Source of the DNA: Botryllus schlosseri
Taxonomy: Eukaryota
DNA: 64,000 bases
NCBI GenBank assembly: GCA_051294905.1
Contig: CM119371.1
Span: 30,320,001-30,384,000 of the forward strand
Direction: 5' to 3'
Shown: piece after piece, positions 28,501-40,100 of the stretch
Numbering within the stretch: the stretch's first letter is position 1
Layout of the letters: each line of letters opens with the position of its first letter
Notes under the pieces: model-generated
What the model saw: only the letters and a program-made list of their open reading frames with translations
Database searches by the model: none
Told to the model about the DNA's origin: nothing
Made by a program: the position numbers and the translations under genes

Positions 28501-29928
28501 ATCCCCAAACTACTTACCATTGCAAAAATATAAAGAGTTAAAATCAAGGTATTAATCTGTGAACACTGTATAAGTATAATAGAAGTGGCGATGGTACGAA
28601 AAAATGCGTGGCCACTTGAGTTGTGCAAGTAGATAAACTTATTTGAGTTGCTAACGTATACCATCCTGGAGGTTCAAATTTATGGCCGACTCGCTTACTT
28701 ACGGGCAGTCACGATACCCGTTGCAAAAACGCCAGGCTAAAATACATTCTGATCCATCGGAACACGCGAATTCGTCGTCTTTACATGTCAAATCTGAAAC
28801 AGGTGCCAGGAATATGACAGCGAAGTCAGAGCATAGGTCGTAATTTCGTCACTGGGCAATGTGGGCATCTAGACCCATAGTCACTGTATAGTGGAAGTAT
28901 TGTATTAAAATACAGAATTGAACCTGAAATTCGGGCCGGGATTTCAGGGTTTGGGCATGGCCCGGTTGGAAATGGAATTGGACTTTAATACGAAAGGATT
29001 AAACGTGAACGTTTACTGCTAGCTATAAATCAAGCCTATATATCAACTAGGGAGGCATCGAAGTAGATGGTTGTTGGCCGTTATCATGTGCGAATAAAAA
29101 TGAAGAAAACTGGCCTGGTGTAAATGACCATAGTAGTCTACAAAAACCACGAATAACACAAATAACAACAACAATGTGCGATATTGCAAGCCTCCCGGCA
29201 TGTCGCTGAAGCTTTAAACTTTCAGAGGAAGTCCGGCTATGTCACGTCTTTTATTGCTCATCGAGACATGACAACATCGATCAACAAACTTTGTCATGAT
29301 CAGAGCTTAACGTCGCACCGATCACTAGGGATTGCTACTTCTCCATTGATAATTATGATTAAGATCGTATTGTACTGTGCAGTCTCAAATTGTAAAAGAT
29401 CTCCATATCTATCAGATATCGTACACATTTCAAGGTTCGGGTTTGACATGAATATCTTGGTACGTTGTGGATTAATTTAACCAAAAGTATTACGGTACAG
29501 GTTCATCTCCACAGACCTTTAAAAAAATGATATTCTTACAAATATGACTATATTGGCCACCTATTGTCAATAGCATTTACATTAACATTTTGTAGGCTAT
29601 TCAACAGTTCAACAACAATCAGTAGCCTACTAAAAAATTCTATCATTTGAAAATATTGCAATGTTGTGCAACATGGAAACGGCATGGCGAAGTCAATCAC
29701 TAAAACGCCTTACCAATAATTGCAGTCATGTGTGGTAAATGGAAATGCTGATACCATTCCCTCATGTACGCAAGCTATGGGCTGAGAAAAAGTCTAGCCT
29801 ATATCAAAATGTTCCTTTTGTTGACATCCAAGTCTACTTAGAAACAAATGTACTGCTGAATATGGTTCCGACTCACTTTGTCCCCCTACCGCGACAACGA
29901 GTATTGGCAGAACCGCGTAAAGATCCAT
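13584..29928 (-). CDS. Gene A: LDLa-repeat GPCR paralogue, N-terminal ectodomain (signal peptide plus ~7 LDLa-like modules); 3' part not in this contig
   Basis: 12 GT-AG, phase-consistent exons: 29877-29928 (MDLYAVLPILVVAVGGQ signal peptide), 28703-28793 (TCKDDEFACSDGSECILAWRFCNGYRDC), 27481-27626, 25632-25722 (TCWTGDYACLDGSRCIDAQYFCDEEDDC), 24765-24910, 23913-23948, 23695-23853 (CNGVVDCPDFSDECLC), 23537-23627, 22520-22563 (DCKDGEDETGC), 18298-18390, 17825-17945, 13584-13685 (CDGVAFCDNLGDERGC). The last four match gene B exons in size and sequence. Confidence 0.88.
22726..23240. mobile_element. hAT-like MITE (tagggctgggc TIR) inserted in the terminus of a tagggttac-type element (copy ~8929-9454)
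   Basis: TIR tagggctgggc / gcccagcccta with exact 8-bp TSD gttactat. Same family as 45487-48574. Confidence 0.85.
27720..28275. mobile_element. MITE with tagggtgcatttaaaac TIR (inverted family member 57751-58287)
   Basis: Inverted ends tagggtgcatttaaaac / gttttaaatgcacccta. The 57751-58287 copy has exact TSD gtgacagt. Confidence 0.75.
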
Positions 29929-30529
29929 ACTATACAAAATTTCACGAAGGTATATCTAGAACACCAACAAATTATTAGTTTAATGTAAGAGTTCACAGTA
30001 TGACATCCTGTAATCCAGTAATATATGCGATTTCTGTAGACGAAGCTCAAACGCGTAATGCACGAAACAACTTTCGGGGCAATAAAATGTCAGCTAATGA
30101 AATGTACAATTGGTGAATTTATCATTATTCATAAATCTCTATTCAGTACGAGTAGCAATTCCTATCGGGCTACGTAAGATAGCTGGTGACTGACTAACTA
30201 ACTGCATCAACTTTCTCTGGTGTCTCGCGAATGAATGAAATGACCGGAACCACCAACCGAGTGAATGTCATGAATAAATATGTGATGAAAACATGAGCTA
30301 GTAATATTAGCCAACAACGCATGCTTCACTCATTATTACAGCTAGCACGATTTCAATGAGAGTCGTGCCTGACGCCTGACCTTTTTAAATAGTCACCATC
30401 TTCTGAAATAGGCTGTTATCAGATCAGCGTGGAGTTGCCGGTTCATAATCAATCAATAATCGTCAGATGGCGGGACTTGAACCGCACAGCCAGCGTAAGT
30501 GGCGCAGACGTTCACCACTACGCCATCTC

Positions 30530-31687
30530 CAGGGCTGTGGTGTCGGTCCCGAGTCTTTAAACCTACCGACCCTGACTCCGACTCCGACTATTTTCCTCAC
30601 AGAACTCCGGCTCCAACTCCCACTCCGACACCAACAGTACTACTTGGAAAATGATACGCCACAGTGAGGGTTAAATGACTATCATACAACCATTAAACAT
30701 ATGCAAATATCTTATTCACGATGGCATGCGAATTTGTTTCATTGTGGCATAGCTCGAAATATTCACTGTGCAATTAACATGGAAGTATTCATTTCAAAAT
30801 ATCTTTCCTTTTTTCATATGTTATATGTTTTTATAACATAGACAAGCCACGGATAATCTACCATGTATGAATCACTCAAACTTGATATATAGGTTATATC
30901 CCATCCTGTATATTTAAAAACAATAGAAGTGTATCTCTTGTCTTGTGTATGAGTCTGTAACTAATACAGAAATGCACAAATTTTCTCACTACACGCTATA
31001 CCGATGAAAAGCACACACTCTCTCACTATTCGTAAACGCTGGTCAGAAACGAAATTTAAGGAGTAGACAAATAGCATATGTCTACACTTACGTAGTCAAA
31101 TATTCATGGACTAGGACTATACTTAGACACTCTTTCTTAAAAAAACATTTGTTCGACCCAAGCGACTGAGCTACTTACTGGAAATATTTTTGATTTTGTT
31201 AAGGGGAAGCAGCATTTGATTATATTTGCATCAATTTTACAAGTGATGTTGTCACTCACAGAACCAGACCATGTATTTGCTCTTTCACGGTATCATGGTA
31301 TAATTCCAAAAATTGCACGAGCTTGTGACTGCATCAGTAATTTTGTGTTGGTCTCGATTTGGTTGTAATTTTCTTCCTCCATGCAACTGAATTGCTAGTT
31401 GTCAATAATGTCCAATTTCATCAATATCCTCACTAATAACAGTTATTTTTAGTATATACAAATCCTATTTTATTTATTAATAGTCATTTTAAGACACCTT
31501 TCAAAGCACTCGTTTTCATATTAGAGAATGTGGAGGCGGAGTCAGGATCATTTACACAAACTCCGACCCCGACTCCAGCCAGTATTTTTTTCACGAATCC
31601 GACTCCGACTTCAAGGCGTGCTAATATATTTTTGAGACTCCGACTCCATTAAGCGAAAACTGGGCGAAACTCCAACTCCACAGCCTC
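30530..31687. mobile_element. hAT-like non-autonomous element with actccg subterminal repeats
   Basis: Ends cagggctgtgg / ccacagcct, with (gactcc)n arrays at both ends. TSD not clear. Confidence 0.6.
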
Positions 31688-31841
31688 TCCGACTTACTTT
31701 TTCGTTTTTGATTTTGTCAAGTAACCGTAGCAATTTCAGGAAAACAAACTAATTAAATTAGAATTAGAATTACAGCTCGAAAACATTTAACAAATTCCAT
31801 TAGTATCGGATTTCCGCCATTTTTCTCTAATTATTTCAATT

Positions 31842-32724
31842 CAGAGGTGTCAAACATGCGGCCCGCCAGACGGTTTCATCCGGCCCCCGAAGCAATTCCG
31901 AGTCAAATCGAAAGATGCGTGTATTATCCTGCGCATTTCCAACAAAAGTAGAGTTTTTAGTAAGAAATAGAGACAGAAAATGTAGAACCTACACATAGGC
32001 CACATCACACCTACCGAAAGCAGTGTTGCAGTTTCAATCTAGTCTAGTTAGTATTAGGAATGAGTCTTTGACATTGACATCCAATGCCGAGAAGGCAAAA
32101 CTCAGTAAAGAGTATTATGGGATAACTCAAAAGTAGTTGTTCACACCAATTTGAAACCGTTATATGCGGACTACATGGAGGATATGATAGCTATACACGA
32201 AGAATGTAGTTAAAATATCCGTGCACGCACTGCTGTACCACTTCTGACTCAGAAGGTAGCCTACCCAGACTCCGCAAAAACTCGAGGGGTGATTAAATAA
32301 TAATGGATAAAATTCCAATGTCTGCGGCTAGAGTTACATCGCTTGTGTTCCTCACAGAGCATACGCAAGTCTAATGCCGCATTACCACATATAGACATAA
32401 GACATATAAGGAGCATAGAAAGATGGTAACTTGTATCGTAGTTAGAGTCGCTGTTTTGCGGTTTATAACTTCATTCATCATGCCAGTTATCGTGTTTTCC
32501 AATTGCTTTGTTTGCGAATAAAGCTGATGCTATATAGAACCAATATGATCAGTAATGTAATACAATATACGTTTTTGGGTATAGTCTCGATAACAAAGTA
32601 TATTAGTTTGAAACAAGGGTATGGATTAGGAGTTGACATTCTGGAATCATTTGACTGATCCGGCACTCGAGCGATCAGAATGTTTGAATCCGGCCCGCGA
32701 CCCAAGTTGAGTGTGACACCCCTG
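31842..32724. mobile_element. hAT-like non-autonomous element
   Basis: Ends cagaggtgtca / tgacacccctg, cggcccgc subterminal motifs, and an imperfect 8-bp flank duplication. Confidence 0.65.
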
Positions 32725-34176
32725 TTCTAATTAGACAACTAGAATTATCTAAATGTCCAAGTATGGATCTATATACCGTAAATATTTCCGTCGCAAAGTT
32801 TTGTCGGGACGTGCGGACGGGCTGCGCATTGTGCGCCGATGACAGATACACCGACGCCGAGTTCGAGGACGTTTGTATCAGAACGTGCGGGTACATGATG
32901 ACATGATGCACCAACGACGCGCTAAGGATAAATGACATTTCAAAAAGTATTCTACTTGGTGAAGTGTAGTTGTTACTAATTACGTGTATAGGTTATACAC
33001 GATCCCATTAAGAAGAAACTGCATTAGACATGGGTGTCTGGGATGACTGTCATAGAGGGTTGAGCATACAGTGTTTTCCGTCGGAATCTCTGGAATGAAC
33101 CGCGGATATTAAATCATGCGACACAACAGCATGTGGATTAAAGTTAGGGTAAGGTTTGAGTTCGGGTATGGGCGAGTATTGGTTAGGGTTATAAAGTCAC
33201 ATCCTCAAGTTCATGTGCTGAACTATCGGTTTTCACTGTGTCGCATATGCTAAAATATCGGGTAACCCTGTGGAACAAAGGCAAAATACGACAATTGTTA
33301 GCAAGCTCTGGAGATGGCGCACAGGGAACAAGTTTTAAAATTTAACGTGTTCTAGATAGGAATTTCCTGCATTGAAACTGACTTTCCTTCGATTTCCTGT
33401 CTTACTCTGTATTCCGCACGTAGTAGGCCGATTAAACACAACCTTCGGTATATAACATGATTTAATATAGATCAGGTACAAGACTTACAAGATTTTTTTA
33501 AATAGCCTAACAAACAATAAAATGCATAAAATGACACAACGACAATAGCCAAATACCTATAGTAAACACATACTATTGATTAGACTTCCCGCTAAATGAC
33601 AAGATCGCGAATGTAGGTTACTACAGTCCAGAAAAGGTGGAAAATTATATTTGAATCAGAATGAGGTATGGGGAAAAAGGTCGTCGAAAACATGCAGATC
33701 TGTGTACTTAAATTCAACACCACAATATATAACTATGTATTTGCAGCTATTGCAAAATGAGGTAGAGCCACGGGGGCCTACATTCTACATAGAAATTCTA
33801 GAATTTATAATTTGTGTATTTGCAGCTGATGCAAGTTGAGGTAGAGCCACGGGGACCTACATTCTACATAGGAATTAGATTTACTATAGTGGAGAAAGGG
33901 GACATGAGTATTCGGAAGGTTATTTAAATAAGATGACAAACGTTTAATCCCGCGAATCAGGAAAATCATGTTAAACGAAATTTTCGTGGTATTGTTGCGG
34001 ATTCGAGCGTACCGGAATCATAGTGCCCAGACCTAGTAGTTTGTAATTGCTTCAACTTGAACGTTGGAGAAAAGTCATGGCAATGCACGTTGAGTAAAGA
34101 GAGATTAGTGTTATTTTACATTCATATGATGTTAATTAATTTTTGAGTAGGACGAGTTTTTCCTGTAATTACTAAA

Positions 34177-37100
34177 TCACTGAATATTAGTCTCCAACTC
34201 AATCCCGCCTTCTTGGTTTATACGCTCTTCTTCTTTTAGCTCTACTTCGTGATTAGTGACTGATTTCGTCATTTCCGTTCCCGTGAGTTTAGTCTGCTTC
34301 GAAATTTGTTTCGCGCTATCGTCAGGCTCACTCCCTTCTCTGCGCTTTGTCTTGTCGGCTTTGTTTGGTATTTGCGACTTTCTGATCGCCGCGAGCCTTT
34401 CCCACACGATATCGGGCAGGTCGGAATAGAGAAGCGGGTTCAAGGCGCTGTTTATCGGAATGATAAGCAAACCGGCTGGTAGATAGGCGTCCATCGGAAT
34501 GATAACACCTGATGAAAAGAAAATTATACGGAATATTGTATCAATAATGAAAATTGAAAAGAAACGATATCAGTGAGCCTACCGAATCTTTTAGGGCAAA
34601 GAGAGAGAGAGAGAGAGATGATATTCTTTCTCGCCTGCACCATCGAGATGCTTTGGCGACGGAGTTGCGATACGGCCCCGTGAGGTCATCTAGTCTGCGC
34701 CCCCGTTTTTTTTCTCCTCCATGCTATCCGTGATTGCTGAGCGCCTAGCAGGATAGCTGCGGATACCATTTTTCGAGTCTTTGGTATGACCCGGCCGGGG
34801 ATCGAACCCACGACCTACCGCTCGAGAAGCCGGACGCATAACCATTACACTATCTCGCTCGGTTTAGATAAGATAAGGGAATACGAATATCGTATATTCA
34901 GAGTCGTCAACGTTATAAAACTAGTAAGGCACCAACCCGAATTAGACTTTAAGCGAATATTCTAGACACTTACGAATGCGCCATTCTAATGCGTTCGAGA
35001 TTATCCCCGCTAAAATAGGGGCTCTAATGACTATAACTTGGCATATTTCTATATGCTTCCTTTGTTTTAGTCGTGATAATGCGTTGGCTCTGCGTATGCG
35101 GTATAAGAAATACAAGAGATTTAACTGTGAACACGAACATTAGAATCCTGTAAATTAAGCACAATCAGGGTTTGTTTGTTTTGTGGTATACATGGTGTTT
35201 ATTGACTACTATGATCATTTACACCAGTACTATATTTTTTCATTTTTTTCCCGTAACTGGCGACTTATAGCACGGCATACTTCTAGGTTTATTGTAAGAC
35301 ACCGCTTACGCGGATGAGGGGGCGAGGAGGAGCCTAGATAAACCTCCAACACTTGGGTATAGGAATTCCGAAGTCGACCTCGGTCGGACTAGAACATGCA
35401 CCCATCGGTGTTGTAGCCGCGGATTATACCACTGCGCTATCTTGCTACACAATCCGGATTAGTCATAGCATTATCCACGAGCCCGAATTAAGAAGAGTCG
35501 TTACACATACGAACATGTATGAAAGGAATCCGGTGAAATATGCTAATACCTGCAGTGTATTACTTTATCGACCTTTCATGCAGTCCTGGCGAGCCCAAAT
35601 CCCCTCTGAGTAAAATATTCCCAATAGTGGCGTTCGAAAATATCTTTTTTTCGTGATTCGCTTCATATGTGTGCTTCCCAGATTCCCGCCCAACTCAAAG
35701 AGTACCATCAATTAAGCGGCACTTACTGTACTGGTACTGTTTTTTTGCTTTATGTTACTTTTTTTTGCTTTCAAACACATTAGAATGGGTGAACACAGGT
35801 AAAAGACGACAACTCTTATGAATATATATCGCAGGGGTGTAGGCGGGGTTTGTTCACGTGTGCCAACGTTTGTGCTTTCTTGAGGGGGGTGGTACACAAA
35901 AAAACTCACTCCACCCTAAGATATATATAGGTAGGTGTATTTGATTCGTTGCCGCCCAATGGAATGGATCTAAAAGCAAGGTTTTGTACCCTAAATTGTC
36001 TTTTAGTTGAGTTGCGCCATACGCTATTGGATGCATGTCGTCTGTGTAGCCTAATCAGTTATTACTGCGACCTTACCTCCAAGTTTCATGAATCCCATGA
36101 GACATATAGGCATCCAGCATAGAAAGTCAGAGATTAGGATTCTTGTCAATTTGCGTTGCATACGCTTGTTTTGGCTGTTACGCCTCGCCTGCCCTGAGCT
36201 TGATGTTACAGCAACGTTGGTGTTAGTAGCACGTCTGCAAAACGATTGATAGATTGAGAAGCAGCTTTCCTCTACCAGACCTTCTTAATGATGGCGCGAC
36301 TACGTCAAGCCTGTCGGATTCGCGATTTTTCGCAATCACTACATCTCATGAAGAGCTAAACGCATTTTAGGCTATCTGCAACTGTATGCGTCTAGGATTG
36401 GGATCGTGAACACTTCTTCTGCAGTGTTGTCTTCCTTTTTGGCAATTCGTCCTCCTTTACACGTTTCAGAGCTAATACAGTGGACAGATTCTAGTGAGAA
36501 TGGGCATAAATGGGAAATTCGTGGATCGAACGAAAGTGACGACCTTTATATTTCTAGTCTACCAACTCAAAGTGCTAAAGAAAAACTGTATTTCTGTAGT
36601 TGAGCCGGAAGGTTGACCTTTTTTAGTCAACCGACCACGAAGTAGGAAAAATTTACCATTCTTTCTAGGTTTGAAAATTTTGAAAAAGTGTCCCCCTTTC
36701 CCGATTCCAAAATATGGTAACCCTAATGTTGTGTCAAATGTCCAATGTCGAGCAGTATGGAATTAACGTGATCAGTTTTACACTGAAGTCGGCAGCGCAA
36801 AGTCAAGACGTATAAACTTATCGACTATGGCAGTGGTTCCCAACCTTTTTCGTCTCGTGCCCCCCTTGGCCGATATTTGAGCTAAAATTCCCCCCTATGA
36901 AAAAGTTGCCTGTGACTAAAAAAAATGTGCTTTTTAACGCGCAACCATTTGTTGACTGAGCAATTCATGGCCAAACATATTCAGATATGTCCGAACTATG
37001 TCGAATGCGGACCGCACTAAACTTTGGTAAAGAACAGTTAAATTTGAACGGTCATGTAGCCGCTGACGAAAAATAAATCAACAAGTCCGCTTGCTATGGA

Positions 37101-40100
37101 CTTGAATTGAATCGATGAATTTGGTATGTTTTTCACGTTAGCCCAAGTGTTGGCTTAAACAGTTAAACAAATTCACTAGCGGCCTTCTTGCTGAATTCGG
37201 ATTGACGTTTCCTGCTTAGTAGCAATTTGGTGGAGAGGCTGTCGCGGGCCCAACGAAATCGTCTCGTGGGCCTCCATTTATCAGGGGGTGTAATATCTAC
37301 GGAAGGCATTTAAACATACACCTAGCTTGAAATCCCCCCCCCCCCGGTTGGGAACCACTGGACTATGGCGTATGGAACAAGAGAGGTCGAAATACTATAC
37401 TGACAAAGAGACCGTAACCGCGACTTCTGCCGACCAGGTAGGCCCATCTCTCGCAGTGGTTCCTAAACTTTTCTTTCTGCGATAGGGCTACCATTAGGAT
37501 TGCATTTGATAGAAATGGTTGTTTAAAACACTTCGTTTAAAACATGTTCACTGTTCAGCTATGGAAAGTCTCATCGTAATGTTCGGTCGATAGACAACAG
37601 CGTGATACCAATCGCCGAATTGAAAATGAGCTAATAAATAGTTGAGATTGAATTGGCATTTTAGAAGGACATGGTTTCGATTTCCAGACCTACCTCACTG
37701 CACAATACGGACCAGTAACAATTCAACTGCTGATCATGCATTATTGCATGCAGATAATGATGGCCAAGACGGCCGTTGCATCATGAATCATATGTATGAG
37801 TTGAATGTTTGACGCGTGGCCAGGGAGCTCTGGTTAAAATCCACTGAGCTATCTGGATAGATTGGATTAAGAAATCAAACATGATGATGTTGAAATAAAC
37901 AATTATTATTGAAAATAGATAGGAAAATACTTACTATACATACCTATACAAGATGACGTAGGTTGCAAGCATGAATATAAACGAAAAGAAGTTAACGAGT
38001 AGCAAAAATAGCGAATATCCCCAAGCCTGGTCTTCACGCCGATCCGGGAACAAGGTTGGAAGGCATACCGTATGACTCGAATAATAACCGAAATTGTACT
38101 TGACCGTAATGTTCGGATTTATATCTGCGATATCATTCCTGATCTTACTCCAAGTCGCGAATCTAGCAATGAAGACATGGTGCAATTGTCACGTAATATG
38201 TTTCCAACACTCTCTATACCTACCCTGGAACGTTGGTCCCACTCACAATATTCCGCATGGTCAGCAAACCAGTCATGTATTGCAATTCATTGTGAGTTAG
38301 GATTTTAAAGATCGGGTTCTCGGTGAATCTAAAAAATGGGATTAGTGAGAAGTCATAGAAAAAGATCCAGGAGCATTGCACGCATGAAACAGTGGCGAGA
38401 TATCATAGAGGTACGTTTCACAGCTGCAACACAAATACGTTACGGGTTCGAGTCCGACGCTCCGATCGAGGTCGACTCCAGAATTCCTACCAAACTGTTG
38501 GAGGTTTATCGAGGCTCCTTCTCGCCGCGTGACCCGCAGCAGCGCTGTCTTGAAAAGTCGAGAAGAGGGCCACGCTACAAGTCGATCAATGTGGAATCAG
38601 AGTAAGAAATATCAACCCGTTATAAAATGACCAATGTAGTAGTGTGGAGCGGATCGACAAATTCTCTGGTTCTACTTCGATCCTGTCTTTTAAAGCTTTG
38701 GTCCGACTCCTAGGCCGGATTCTAGAAATGACCGGGATCCGGTCCGAAAACCCCGATAGTAATTATATATACTCACAGGATGGTATTGAATATTGATTGA
38801 AACAATGCAAATAAGAAATTAAAAACTCAAAGATCGAACCCAACGCTTTTCTGAGGTAACTATGTCAACTTGAACTTAGCATGTGGTTTATTTCCATTAA
38901 CGTTTCAATTTAACTATTGATTCGTGGGTGGAAGAGGATAAAGCTGTCATATTTTTAGTAAAAAGTTTGATCCGGCTCCGACCGTATCAGAAAAAGTACT
39001 GATCCGGATCCGACAAAAAATGAGAAAATCCGGCCGGATATCCAATCCGGCTCCGGTCCATGCTCCGACCTATAATGTAGTCGGAACACCATGAATATCT
39101 AACAACAACGACAACACGCATCAAACTAGATATTTCCAACTGTCCACCATCGCAGTGATACTATACTAGGGTTACATTCAAAAACAGGAAATGTATATTT
39201 AACCATACTGGAAGTTATCCGAACATTTGAATACCAATGACAAATATCATGTGAAATATTGATATGCGAGACTGCAAACTTTAGAAGGGATCGTCTTACT
39301 CGCAGAGATGAGAACAGCGATAAACGCAATAATTAAAGGCACTGCGGGTATTTTAATATTGACTTACGCAATGCTGCTCACGAAGTAGTCTTCAAGTTGC
39401 GGAAAGAGCGGTATTATTCCGAGCAACACCGATATCACCCATGTTGTCAATATCGCCCCGATCGCGTATCGCATATTTGGTTCAGCAAACGGCCTGGCAA
39501 TTACAAATTTACATACATTACTCCAACCTCCAACTTCTGAGAATGAAGTCTGCTCTGATATTATCTGACCTTGATTTTTGTATTAGTTCTTGTTAATTTA
39601 GAATTTAATTCAATTTTCAAGTTTTTGACGAATTCAGTAATTCTAATTCGAATTTCTAATTTGGAAAAAATAACTATGATTCTAATTTTAATTTAATTTG
39701 AAAAGCTAAAAATTTTATAGTTGCTCAATTCTGCACCTGAGTGGAGGGACTCGATTCTGAGTCGAGTATATTTGAATCACCTGTTATTACGTCATAACTG
39801 CCCTTGGTAATATTTATTGCACACATACTATGGCGATGCATATCGCATATTCAGGTCATTTGCGCCACGAAAATGAATACTATCATATTCATTGGTCTAT
39901 GATTTTTGTGCGCTTTGCTATTGCTATTGGACTCGGATTCAAGAACTCAAATCGCGCTGCCCGGCAATAAAGAACACCACGAATTCAACAATAATTCTAA
40001 CCTCAAAACAGACTGCAAACGGTGAACTGCGATCAGAACCATCGTGAGAACAGATTGCTCCGAGCCTATCACAAGTAAAACTCCCAACGCGGAGCAAGCG

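Noticed and set aside
29714..29783. Candidate second exon of gene A with a gtaag donor
   Set aside because: The available acceptors give a stop or an incompatible phase. The signal exon joins 28793 directly in frame.
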